From positions 1 to 59,622 of the forward strand of contig JAGWMW010000001.1 of NCBI GenBank assembly GCA_028871575.1: a DNA stretch of 59,622 nucleotides, given 5' to 3'. Each line of letters opens with the position of its first letter. The first letter of the stretch is position 1. The notes under the pieces were generated by a model that was given only the letters and a program-made list of their open reading frames with translations, was not told the origin of the DNA and did no database searches. Both the position numbers and the translations under genes were made by a program. The DNA is from Burkholderiales bacterium (GTDB lineage: Bacteria; Pseudomonadota; Gammaproteobacteria; Burkholderiales; Burkholderiaceae_C). This document shows positions 18,186-26,983 of the stretch, one piece after another.

Positions 18186-19018
18186 GGCGCGGCCTCCGCC
18201 ACCAGGGCTTCCTCGCGCGAGGCACCGCGCAGCACCTCGTCGCGCAGGTCGCCCCAGATCGTGCGCGAGATCTCCACGAAGCGCGCGTCGTAGCGGATCT
18301 CGCTGGCCACGCGCGGGCGCGGGATGTCGATCGTGTAGACCGACTTCACCGTCGCCGGCCCGGCAGTGAGCACGTAGACCTTGTCGGCCAGGGCGATCGC
18401 CTCTTCCAGGTCGTGGGTGACGAAGACCACCGAGGCCTTGGACTGCGACCACAGGCGCAGCAGCTCGTCGTGCATCATCACCCGCGTCTGCACGTCCAGC
18501 GCCGAGAAGGGCTCGTCCATGAGCAGGATCTGCGGCCCGTTGATGAAGGTCTGCGCCAGCGCCACGCGCTTGCGCATGCCGCCCGAGAGCTGGTGCGGGT
18601 ACTTCGACTCGTGCCCGCTGAGGTTGACGCGCGCCAGCCACTGGCGGGCGCTGGCGTAGGCCTCGTCCTTGGGCCGGCCGCGGTACAGCGGGCCGGCGAC
18701 CACGTTGTCGATCACGCTGCGCCAGGGGAACAGCGCGTCGGTCTGGAACACGAAGCCGATCTGCTCGCCGATGCCGGCAACCGGCCGGCCCATGACCCGC
18801 ACCTCGCCGGCCGAGGGCGGGGTCAGCCCCGTGACGAGGTTGAGCGTGGTCGACTTGCCGCAGCCGGTGGGGCCGACGACGGCGACGAACTCGCCGCGCG
18901 CCACCGTCATCGTGAAGTCGCGCAGCGCCGTCATCGAGCGGCCGTTGGGCGCCATGAAGCGGCGCGTGACGTTGATCAGCTCGATGGCCGGCCCGGTGCC
19001 GGGGGCAGCGACATCCAT
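18182..19018 (-). CDS. NitT/TauT family ABC transporter ATP-binding protein
   Basis: Walker [15 protein letters not shown] signature, LMDEPF, VTHD. Confidence 0.93.
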   Translation of the reverse strand: MDVAAPGTGPAIELINVTRRFMAPNGRSMTALRDFTMTVARGEFVAVVGPTGCGKSTTLNLVTGLTPPSAGEVRVMGRPVAGIGEQIGFVFQTDALFPWRSVIDNVVAGPLYRGRPKDEAYASARQWLARVNLSGHESKYPHQLSGGMRKRVALAQTFINGPQILLMDEPFSALDVQTRVMMHDELLRLWSQSKASVVFVTHDLEEAIALADKVYVLTAGPATVKSVYTIDIPRPRVASEIRYDARFVEISRTIWGDLRDEVLRGASREEALVAEAAP

Positions 19019-19019
19019 C

Positions 19020-20021
19020 TCATTTCACCTGCTTGACGAACTCGGTCGTGTAGGTCTTGGACAGGTCCACGGTCTTGCCCTTGAAGCTGCGCGAGAAGCC
19101 CGACAGCACCGCCAGCACCGTCTCCGGCCCGCCCGGGGGCATCACGCCGTCGGGCGTGAACATGCTCTTGCCGTTGGCCAGGGCCTGCACGTAGGCCGCC
19201 TTGTCGCCGACGTAGAAGTCGGCCGGCATCTGGTCGGCGATCTGCTCGGCGCTGTGGCTGGCGATGTAGCGCAGCGCCTTGACGAAGGCGTTGGCCAGCT
19301 TCTGCACCACGGGCTTGTGCCGGGCGATCCAGTCGGCCTCCATGTACAGCGAGGCGGCCGGGTAGGTGCCGCCGAGCGCGGCCCGGGTGGACTCGGCGCT
19401 GCGCAGGTCGACCAGCACGCGCGCCTGCCCGGTCTTGAGCAGGCGCGAGACCGTCGGCTCGGTGGTCATGCCGGCCTGGATCTTGTCCTGCTGCATGGCG
19501 GCGATGAAGGTGGTGCCGGCACCCACCGGCAGCGAAGTGAACTGGCCCAGCGGCACGCCGGCCTTGACCATCAGGAACTGGGTCAGGAAGTTGGTCGACG
19601 AGCCCAGGCCCGTGACGCCCAGCGTCTTGCCGCGCAGATCGGCCATCGACTTGACCTGCGGGTATTTCGACGACACCAGCTCGACCTCGCCCGGCGCATG
19701 CGACAGCTGCACCACCGACATCACCTGCTTGCCCTTGGTCTGCAGGTCGACGCAGTGGTCGTAGAAGCCCACCACGCCCTGCACCGCGCCGGCCAGCATC
19801 TCGTTCTCGGCGTCGACCCCGGCGCCCTCGTTGAGCAGCTCGACGTCCAGGCCCTCGGCCTTGAAGTAGCCCAGCCGCTCGGCCAGCTTGGCCGGCAGGT
19901 AGATCTGCTTCTCGTAGCCGCCCACCATCAGCGTGACCTTGTCGGCGGCACGGGCCGGGGCCGGGACCAGGGTGGCGGCGGCCAGCGCGGCGGCGCAGGC
20001 GAGGATCTGGCGTTTGTTCAT
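19020..20021 (-). CDS. NitT/TauT (SsuA/THI5-like) ABC substrate-binding protein
   Basis: Signal peptide; GYFKAEGLDVEL, DLRGKTLGVTGLGSST; first gene of the ABC operon. Confidence 0.88.
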   Translation of the reverse strand: MNKRQILACAAALAAATLVPAPARAADKVTLMVGGYEKQIYLPAKLAERLGYFKAEGLDVELLNEGAGVDAENEMLAGAVQGVVGFYDHCVDLQTKGKQVMSVVQLSHAPGEVELVSSKYPQVKSMADLRGKTLGVTGLGSSTNFLTQFLMVKAGVPLGQFTSLPVGAGTTFIAAMQQDKIQAGMTTEPTVSRLLKTGQARVLVDLRSAESTRAALGGTYPAASLYMEADWIARHKPVVQKLANAFVKALRYIASHSAEQIADQMPADFYVGDKAAYVQALANGKSMFTPDGVMPPGGPETVLAVLSGFSRSFKGKTVDLSKTYTTEFVKQVK

Positions 20022-20081
20022 TCGGGGGGTCTCCAGGGTTCGTCGCCGGTCAATCCCGGGCGCGGGACGGCACGGCCTGCG

Positions 20082-20136
20082 AGGCTAGGCGGCCAACCTG
20101 TCCGGCGCGTGAACGGCGTCTGAAGCGCCGTTCAGG
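20082..20136 (-). promoter_or_regulatory. Four-box operator plus -10 for ABC operon, embedded in the kinase 3' end
   Basis: CCTGAA-N6-TTCAGA-N5-TTCACG-N5-GACAGG-N9-TAGCCT (minus). Confidence 0.75.
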
Positions 20137-21509
20137 TCGGGCTCGGGCGGCGCCGCCGCGGCGGGCAGCTCGATGACGATGCGCAGGCCGCGGCCGACAT
20201 CGCCGCTGGTGGCGCGGATCGTGCCCTTGTGCAGGCGCACGATGCTCTGCGAGATGGCCAGGCCCAGACCGCTGCCGGGGGGGTCGCCCGTGGCCGGCGT
20301 GAAGCGCACGAAGCGCTCGAAGATGCGCTCGCACTGGGCCGGGCTCAGGCCGGGGCCGTCGTCGATCATGCTCAGGCGCCACACGCCGTCGGCGACCACG
20401 GATTCGAGGTCGACCACGCCGCGGGGCGGCGAGACCGCCAGCGCGTTGACCAGCAGGTTCAGCAGCACCTGGCGCAGCCGGTTGACGTCGATCGCGACGA
20501 GGCCGGCACCGTGGTGGCGGCAGACGAAGACCTGGCCGCGGTGCTCGGCCAGGGCGGCGGCGTCGGGCGCGAAGCTGCCCAGGAACTCGGCGGGCCGGCA
20601 CTCGCGCAGCGCCAGGCTCACCGCGTTCGCGTCGGCGCGCGAGAGGAACAGCAGCTCCTCGATGATCTGGTTCACGCGCTGCAGCTCCTCGAGCTGCACC
20701 TGCAGCGCCTCGCGCTGCGCCGGGCTCAGCCCACCCCCCGTGAGCAGCCGCTCGGCGTGCAGCCGCACCAGCGACAGCGGCGTCTTGAGCTCGTGCGAGG
20801 CGTCGGCCGCAAAGCGCCGGATCTCGGCGAACGAGTTCTCCAGGCGGTCGAACATCTGGTTCAGGAACAGCGCCAGCTGCGAGAACTCGTCCTTCACCGT
20901 GCCCACCGGGATGCGCTCGGCCAGGTTGTCCGAGCGGATGCGCATGGCCGTGGCCTGCATCAGCCGCACCGGGCGCAGGATGAGCTCGCTCAGGATCCAG
21001 CCGATGCCTACCGTCAGCAGCAGCATCCCGGCCAGCAGCCCGAGGAAGACGCGGCGGTAGCCGTCCATCAGGTCGCGCACCGGCGCCAGCGGCGTGGCCA
21101 CCGTCACGTCGAAGGGCGGCAGGCGGAACTCGCTGACCCGCAGCGCCCCGATCGGGTCGAGCGAGGTCGTGTACGTGTGCAGGCCGCGCAGGTCGGGAAT
21201 CGACAGGCCGTGCAGGTTGTGCGACTTGAAGAAGCGGTTCGTCATCGACTCGTGCATGTCGATGTAGAACAGCGCCGAGGCCGACTCGGTGACCTCGCGG
21301 ATGCGGTCGTCCACCAGGGCCGGCGTCAGGCTGCGGTAGTCGGGCCCGAGCGAGGCCTTGAGCTGCTTGAACTGCACCTCGACGAGCTCGTCGAGCTGGT
21401 GCAGCAGGTAGCGCTCGAGCAGGTAGTGGCCGGCCACGAACAGCCCCGCCAGCGCGGCCGTGGCCGTGAGGGCATACCACAGCACGATGCGGGCGCCGAT
21501 CGATCGCAT
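20085..21509 (-). CDS. Membrane sensor histidine kinase (CusS/CzcS-like architecture with HAMP)
   Basis: Two TM segments; H box FAADASHELKTPL; N box NLLVNA; DDGPG, IFERF, GSGLGL; TAGCAT -10 seven nt before ATG 21509. Confidence 0.9.
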   Translation of the reverse strand: MRSIGARIVLWYALTATAALAGLFVAGHYLLERYLLHQLDELVEVQFKQLKASLGPDYRSLTPALVDDRIREVTESASALFYIDMHESMTNRFFKSHNLHGLSIPDLRGLHTYTTSLDPIGALRVSEFRLPPFDVTVATPLAPVRDLMDGYRRVFLGLLAGMLLLTVGIGWILSELILRPVRLMQATAMRIRSDNLAERIPVGTVKDEFSQLALFLNQMFDRLENSFAEIRRFAADASHELKTPLSLVRLHAERLLTGGGLSPAQREALQVQLEELQRVNQIIEELLFLSRADANAVSLALRECRPAEFLGSFAPDAAALAEHRGQVFVCRHHGAGLVAIDVNRLRQVLLNLLVNALAVSPPRGVVDLESVVADGVWRLSMIDDGPGLSPAQCERIFERFVRFTPATGDPPGSGLGLAISQSIVRLHKGTIRATSGDVGRGLRIVIELPAAAAPPEPDLNGASDAVHAPDRLAA

Positions 21510-21542
21510 GCCGCCGATGCTAGTCACGCCGGATGGTCCGAG

Positions 21543-21560
21543 GCTGAACGCCTGTTCAGG
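21543..21560. promoter_or_regulatory. Palindromic operator core between divergent kinase and response regulator
   Basis: GCTGAA-CGCCTG-TTCAGG, same N6 palindrome as in the four-box operators. Confidence 0.6.
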
Positions 21561-21636
21561 TTGGCCGCGGCCTTCGGCCGGGCGTCGGTATCGGCCCCGA
21601 TTGCGAGACGGGGCCGAGCCGGGCAGTCTGCGGCCC

Positions 21637-22302
21637 GTGAAGATCCTCGTCGTCGAAGACCAGAAGCGGCTCGGCCAGTTCCTGCGCCAGGGCCTGACCG
21701 AGTGCTCGTACACGGTGTCCTGGGTCGGCAGCTGCGCCGCCGCCGAGGACGCGCTGTGCGAGACCGCATTCGACCTGGTGGTGCTCGACCTCGGGCTGCC
21801 GGACGGCGACGGGCTCGATCTGCTGCGGCGCTGGCGCAAGAACGGCTTCAACGAGCCGGTGCTGATCCTGAGCGCGCGCGACGGCATCGAAGACCGGGTC
21901 AAGGGCCTGGACCTCGGGGCCGACGACTACCTCTCCAAGCCCTTCAGCCTGGAAGAGCTGCTGGCGCGGGTGCGCTCGCTGGTTCGGCGCCACGCCACGG
22001 CCAAGCAGGTCGTGCTCGAGCACGACGGCCTGCGGCTGGACCTGATGAAGCACACGGTGCACGTGGACGGCGTGCCGGTCGACCTGACGAGCCGCGAGTA
22101 CGCGCTGCTCGAGGTGTTCATGCAGAACCAGGGCCGCATCCTGCCGCGCACGCTGATCTCGGAGAAGATCTGGTCGTCGCACTACGACGTCGACACCAAC
22201 CTGCTCGACGTCTACATGAGCCGGCTGCGCGCCAAGCTCGAAGGGCCGCACCGCAAGCCCTACTTCAAGACCGTGCGCGGGGTTGGCTACCAAATGGTCT
22301 GA
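21637..22302 (+). CDS. OmpR/PhoB family response regulator
   Basis: GTG start; ILVVED, LDLGLPDGDG, GADDYLSKPF, winged helix LTSREY...VYMSRLRAKL...TVRGVGY. Confidence 0.95.
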   Translation: MKILVVEDQKRLGQFLRQGLTECSYTVSWVGSCAAAEDALCETAFDLVVLDLGLPDGDGLDLLRRWRKNGFNEPVLILSARDGIEDRVKGLDLGADDYLSKPFSLEELLARVRSLVRRHATAKQVVLEHDGLRLDLMKHTVHVDGVPVDLTSREYALLEVFMQNQGRILPRTLISEKIWSSHYDVDTNLLDVYMSRLRAKLEGPHRKPYFKTVRGVGYQMV

Positions 22303-22346
22303 GCCCACGCTCGCCCGCCCATAGGCGCCGCCCGCCGGCAGTGGCT

Positions 22347-23396
22347 TCAGGGCCCGGGCAGCAGGTCGTAGCGCAGCAAGGCGGCCATGCCGTGGCTGCT
22401 GCCCGGGGACACGGCGACGTAGAGCCGGTGCAGCGCGGGCACGAGCAACCCCGTCTTGGCGCCCGGGGCCGAGGGCACGCATTCGCGCGGCACGACGCGG
22501 TCGGCGCCGACGATGTCGAACACCGCCACGCAGCCGTCGCCGGTGGCGTAGAGGCGCCGCTGCGCGGGGTCGAACAGCAGCTGGTTGGTCCGGTCCGGGA
22601 CGTCGAAGCTGGCGATCCCGGCGCCGCTGCGGGCGTCGATCTCGACCAGCTTGAAGGGCTGGCGCGTGACCACGTACAGCCGCTGGTTCGCCTCGTCCAG
22701 CGCGATCGGCGAGTTGGACCGGCCGGCGCCGACGGGCCAGCGCGCGAGCACCCGAAGCGTGCGCTTGTCGACGACCCGGATCTCGCTGCGGCCGGCCACG
22801 TTGACGAAGGCGCGCGAGCCCTGCTGCTCGAAGGCGATGCCTTCGGTGAAGTCGCTGTCGATGGACAGCCGGCCGCGCACCTGCAGGCTGCGGGCATCGA
22901 TCTGCAGCAGCTCGGTGTCGGGCCGCTTGGGCACGGCGTTCTTGCCGCCGGTGACCAGCCAGAGCTGCCCGGTGGACGGGTCGTAGGCCATCGAATCGCC
23001 CGCCGGGATCGGCTGCGGCAGCGCCACCTCGGCCAGCGTGTCCGCATCGAGCACGCGGCTCGTGCCGGGCCCGGTGTCCGAGACCACCAGGCGCCGGGTG
23101 GCGGCTTCGAGGTGCAGGGCGTGGGGCGCCCCGAAGCCCTTCACCGAGCGCAGGTGGCGGCCGCTGGCGAGGTCGAACACCTCCAGGCTCGCGCCGTCCT
23201 CGCCGGCGACGAAGAGGCGGCCACCAGGCACGTCGGCCAGCAGGTGATCGAAGTCCCCCTGGTAGCCGGGCAGCTCGGTGCGCCCGGCCAGGCGCAGTGC
23301 CGTCGAGGCAGGACCCGGCGCCTGCGCCTGTGCGGTCGCGAGGGCGCAGGCCGCGACAAGCGCGGCCGCCAGAAGCAGGTGTCGGCGAGTAGGCAT
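22347..23396 (-). CDS. Secreted YncE-like beta-propeller protein (paralog 2)
   Basis: Signal peptide with TRRHLL (possible Tat); GRTELPGYQGDFDHL; colinear similarity to 11755-12792. Confidence 0.85.
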   Translation of the reverse strand: MPTRRHLLLAAALVAACALATAQAQAPGPASTALRLAGRTELPGYQGDFDHLLADVPGGRLFVAGEDGASLEVFDLASGRHLRSVKGFGAPHALHLEAATRRLVVSDTGPGTSRVLDADTLAEVALPQPIPAGDSMAYDPSTGQLWLVTGGKNAVPKRPDTELLQIDARSLQVRGRLSIDSDFTEGIAFEQQGSRAFVNVAGRSEIRVVDKRTLRVLARWPVGAGRSNSPIALDEANQRLYVVTRQPFKLVEIDARSGAGIASFDVPDRTNQLLFDPAQRRLYATGDGCVAVFDIVGADRVVPRECVPSAPGAKTGLLVPALHRLYVAVSPGSSHGMAALLRYDLLPGP

Positions 23397-23431
23397 CGGG
23401 TACTCGGGCGAGGGCGACGAGGCGGGCTTGC

Positions 23432-23486
23432 AGCGTGCAGCGATGACCTGAAGCCCACCTGTCGCCGGGCTGAACGCGCCGTCAGG
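23432..23486 (-). promoter_or_regulatory. Four-box operator plus -10 for YncE-like paralog 2
   Basis: CCTGAC-N6-TTCAGC-N5-GACAGG-N5-TTCAGG-N9-CACGCT (minus). Confidence 0.7.
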
Positions 23487-23566
23487 AACGCCTCGGGCCA
23501 GGGATCGGCTGCGCGGCGCGGCCAGGGTTGCGCCGGCCGGCCTGCGCCAGGTACAGCGCCGTCGAG

Positions 23567-23621
23567 CCTGACAAGGGGTTCAGCCTGGGTTCAGGCTGGG
23601 GTTAGCGCCAGCCCTTATGGT
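23567..23621 (+). promoter_or_regulatory. Four-box operator plus -10 for small HhH gene
   Basis: CCTGAC-N6-TTCAGC-N5-TTCAGG-N5-GTTAGC-N9-TATGGT (plus). Confidence 0.7.
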
Positions 23622-23687
23622 CGGGTCCGGCCCGGCGCTCAGAGGCGAGCGACCGGCCCGCCCCGCCCTCACTTGTCGCGACCTGCC

Positions 23688-23912
23688 ATGGCCTTCACCC
23701 CCGACGAACGCACCAAGCTGCTGGCCCAGCCGCGCATCGGGCCGCTGGTGCTGCAGCGGCTGGAGCAGGCGGGGCTGGACTCGGTGTCCAAGCTGCAGGC
23801 CCTGGGCGTGGACGCCGCGGTGCTCATGATCTGCGACCAACTCGGCAGCATCGCCTGGGCGAACCGGCGCCGGCCGCTACGCCGGGCGATCGCGGTGATG
23901 GTGGGCGGGTAG
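23688..23912 (+). CDS. Small helix-hairpin-helix-like protein (74 aa)
   Basis: MAFTPDERTKLLAQPRIGPLVLQRLEQAG resembles an HhH motif; own promoter upstream. Confidence 0.7.
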   Translation: MAFTPDERTKLLAQPRIGPLVLQRLEQAGLDSVSKLQALGVDAAVLMICDQLGSIAWANRRRPLRRAIAVMVGG

Positions 23913-23932
23913 TGGGCGGGTAGTGGGCGGGT
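23901..23932. repeat. 11-bp tandem repeat GTGGGCGGGTA, about 3 copies
   Basis: Read directly; spans the stop codon of the HhH gene. Confidence 0.85.
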
Positions 23933-24010
23933 TCGGGCCGGGTAGCGGCAGGGCAGCGGACGGATAACGGTCGGGCGGTGGGGCCTGCGGCAGGCCCGCT
24001 CGCGGCGCGC

Positions 24011-25564
24011 TCAGCCGGCCGGTGCGGGCACCGTCCAGCGCTTGGTCACGTCGCCCTTGCCGTTGACGCTTTCCAGGTGGACGCCGAAGCCCCACAGGCG
24101 CGCCACGTGCTTCATCACTTCCTGGCCGCTGTCGTGCAGCGGGCGGTCGTTGTGCTGGAAGTGGCGCAGCGTCAGGGAGCGGTCGCCGCGCAGGTTGACG
24201 CTCCAGACCTGGATGTTGGGCTCGCGCGAGCCCAGGTCGTACTGGTGCGACAGCGCCTCGCGCACGCGGCGGTAGCCGCTGTCGTCGTGGATGGCGCTGA
24301 CCTCGAGCTCGCTCTGCCGCTCGTCGTCGGTGATCGCGAACAGGCGCATCTCGCGCATCAGCTTGGGGCTCAAGTACTGGCCGATGAAGCTCTCGTCCTT
24401 GAAGTTGCGCATCGCATGGTCGAGCGTGGGCAGCCAGGGCTTGCCGGCGATCTCGGGGAACCAGGCGCGGTCTTCTTCGGTGGGGGCCTGGCACACGCGC
24501 TGGATGTCGGTGTACATCGCGAAGCCCAGGGCATAGGGGTTGAGGCCGCTGTAGGCGCGGTGGCCCACCGGCGGCTGGTAGATCACGTTGGTGTGCGAGG
24601 TCAGCCACTCCATCATCACGCCGTCGGTGAGGAAGCCGTCGTCGTACATGGTGTTGAGCAGCCGGTGGTGCCAGAAGGTGGCCCAGCCCTCGTTCATGAC
24701 CTGGGTCTGGCGCTGCGGGTAGAAGTACTGCGCCACCTTGCGCACGATGCGCACGATCTCGCGCTGCCAGGGCTCGAGCAGCGGCGCGTTCTTCTCGATG
24801 AAGTACAGCAGGTTCTCCTGCGGCTCCTCGGGGAAGCGCTTGGCCTCGGGGGCGGCGCCTTCCTTCTCGGCGCGGCGCGGCAGCGTGCGCCACAGGTCGT
24901 TGACCTGGCGCTGCGCGTAGGCCTCGCGGTCCTGGCGCTCGCTGAGCTCCTGCGCCAGGCTCTTGCGGCTGGGCCGGCGGTAGCGGTCGACGCCGTGGTT
25001 GGCCAGCGCGTGGCAGCTGTCGAGGAAGCTCTCGACCGCGTCCAGGCCATGCTTGTCCTCGCAGGCCGCGACGTAGTTCTTGGCGTAGACGAGGTAGTCG
25101 ATGATCGACGCCGCATCGGTCCACATCCGGAACAGGTAGTTGCCCTTGAAGAAGCTGTTGTGGCCGTAGGCGGCGTGGGCGATGACCAGGGCCTGCATCG
25201 CCATCGTGTTCTCCTCCATCAGGTAGCTGATGCAGGGGTTGCTGTTGATGACGATCTCGTAGGCCAGGCCCATGTGGCCGCGCTTGTAGTTCTTCTCGGT
25301 GGCGATGAACTCCTTGCCGTAGCTCCAGTGGCGGTAGTTCACCGGCATGCCCACGCTGGCATAGGCGTCCATCATCTGCTCGGCGGTGATGATCTCAAGC
25401 TGGTTGGGGTAGGTGTCCAGCCCGAAGCGCTGCGCCGTGTCCTTGATGACGCGGTGGTAGGTCTCGATGAGCTCGAACGACCAGTCGCTGGGCCCGGGCA
25501 GGTGTTCGCCCGGCCGGCTGGCCAGGGGCAAGGGCTGTTCGAGGGCCAGCGGCCTGGGTTTCAT
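24011..25564 (-). CDS. spoVR: SpoVR family protein
   Basis: HWSYGK, GLAYEIVINSNPCI, HAAYGHNSFFK, YFYPQRQTQVMNEGWATFWH. Confidence 0.95.
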   Translation of the reverse strand: MKPRPLALEQPLPLASRPGEHLPGPSDWSFELIETYHRVIKDTAQRFGLDTYPNQLEIITAEQMMDAYASVGMPVNYRHWSYGKEFIATEKNYKRGHMGLAYEIVINSNPCISYLMEENTMAMQALVIAHAAYGHNSFFKGNYLFRMWTDAASIIDYLVYAKNYVAACEDKHGLDAVESFLDSCHALANHGVDRYRRPSRKSLAQELSERQDREAYAQRQVNDLWRTLPRRAEKEGAAPEAKRFPEEPQENLLYFIEKNAPLLEPWQREIVRIVRKVAQYFYPQRQTQVMNEGWATFWHHRLLNTMYDDGFLTDGVMMEWLTSHTNVIYQPPVGHRAYSGLNPYALGFAMYTDIQRVCQAPTEEDRAWFPEIAGKPWLPTLDHAMRNFKDESFIGQYLSPKLMREMRLFAITDDERQSELEVSAIHDDSGYRRVREALSHQYDLGSREPNIQVWSVNLRGDRSLTLRHFQHNDRPLHDSGQEVMKHVARLWGFGVHLESVNGKGDVTKRWTVPAPAG

Positions 25565-25574
25565 GGGCTGTCCT

Positions 25575-26861
25575 TCACGCCGCCTTGGCGCCTTCCTTCT
25601 TGAAGAGGTCGCGGAACACCGGATAGATCTGCGAGGCCTCGGTGGCCTTGCGCATCGCGAAGTGCCTGTGCACGTCGAGCAGCTGGGTGTACTCGTCCCA
25701 CAGGTTCTGCTCTTCCTCGGCCACCTGCACGTACGCGAAGTAGCGGCACAGCGGCAGCAGCTTGTCGTTCAGGATTTCGCGGCAACGGCCGCTGTCGTGG
25801 TGCCAGTTGTCGCCGTCGCTGGCCTGGGCGCCGTAGATGTTCCACTGGCTGGGGTCGTAGCGGGCGCGGATGATCTCTTCCATCAGCACCAGCGCGCTGC
25901 TGACGACGGTGCCGCCGGTCTCGCGGGCGTGGAAGAAGTTCTGCTCGTCCACCTCCTGCGCCTGGGTGTGGTGGCGGATGAAGACGAGGTCGATCTTCTC
26001 GTAGTGCCGGGTCAGGAACAGGTACAGCAGGATGAAGAAGCGCTTGCTGAGCTCCTTGCGCGCCTCGTCCATCGAGCCCGAGACGTCCATCAGGCAGAAC
26101 ATGACCGCCTTGCTCGTCGGCACCGGCACCTTGATGCGGCTGCGGTAGCGCAGGTCGATCGGGTCGAGGTAGGGGATGCGCTCGATGCGCGCACGCAGGG
26201 CCGCGATTTCCTCGATCAGGCGCCGGATCTCGGCCTCGGCCACCGCGTCGCCGGGGCGACGGTCGGCTTCGCAGCGGGCGAGCTGCTCTTGCAGCGCATG
26301 CAGCTCGCGGCGCGAGCAGGCGCCCAGCGCGATGCGCCGGCCCAGGGCACCGCGCATGCTGCGCACCACGTGCAGGTTGTTGGGCGTGCCGTCGCTGGAA
26401 AAGCCCGCGCGCTGGCTCTTCCACTCGGGCATCTCGGCCAGCTGGGTGCGCACCAGGTGCGGCAGCGCCAGGTCCTCGAAGAAGACCTGCATGAACTCTT
26501 CCTTGCTCAAGGCGAAGACGAAGTCGTCCTCGCCCTCGCCCTGGTCGCTGGCCTGGCCCTTGCCGCCGCCGGCCCCGCCGCCGCCCTTGGGCCGCTCGAT
26601 GCGGTCGCCCTGCACGTAGTCCTGGTTGCCCGGGTGCACGATGTCGCGCACGCCGCCCGAGCCGTGGCCGAACACGGGCTCGGAGAGGTCCTTCTTCGGG
26701 ATGTGGATGTCCTCGCCGCGCTCCACGTCGCGGATGCCGCGGCCGTCGATGGCGCGCTTGACCGCCTCGCGGATCTGCTCCTTGTGGCGGCGCAGGAAGC
26801 GCTCGCGGTTGCCGATGGACTTGTTCTTGCCCGCCAGCCGCCGGTCGATGATCTGCTGCAT
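25575..26861 (-). CDS. yeaH: YeaH/YhbH (UPF0229) family protein
   Basis: IIDRRLAGKNKSIGNRERFLRR, MDVSGSM, ETGGTVVSS, QASDGDNW; between prkA and spoVR. Confidence 0.95.
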   Translation of the reverse strand: MQQIIDRRLAGKNKSIGNRERFLRRHKEQIREAVKRAIDGRGIRDVERGEDIHIPKKDLSEPVFGHGSGGVRDIVHPGNQDYVQGDRIERPKGGGGAGGGKGQASDQGEGEDDFVFALSKEEFMQVFFEDLALPHLVRTQLAEMPEWKSQRAGFSSDGTPNNLHVVRSMRGALGRRIALGACSRRELHALQEQLARCEADRRPGDAVAEAEIRRLIEEIAALRARIERIPYLDPIDLRYRSRIKVPVPTSKAVMFCLMDVSGSMDEARKELSKRFFILLYLFLTRHYEKIDLVFIRHHTQAQEVDEQNFFHARETGGTVVSSALVLMEEIIRARYDPSQWNIYGAQASDGDNWHHDSGRCREILNDKLLPLCRYFAYVQVAEEEQNLWDEYTQLLDVHRHFAMRKATEASQIYPVFRDLFKKEGAKAA

Positions 26862-26865
26862 CAGG

Positions 26866-26956
26866 CTCCCTCCCGAAGCGCGGTCGGCGCTCCCCCCCAG
26901 GGGGGGCGCCGCCAGCGGCCCGGCGGAGCCGGTTGCGCGGCGTCCGCCGGGTTGCC
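26866..26956. repeat. GC-rich palindromic REP-like insert between prkA and yeaH
   Basis: GGCGCTCCCCCCCAGGGGGGGCGCC hairpin plus further inverted repeats in a 122-nt intra-operon gap; single copy in window. Confidence 0.45.
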
Positions 26957-26983
26957 GCGTCGTCTCGCTTGGGGTGCAGGCCT

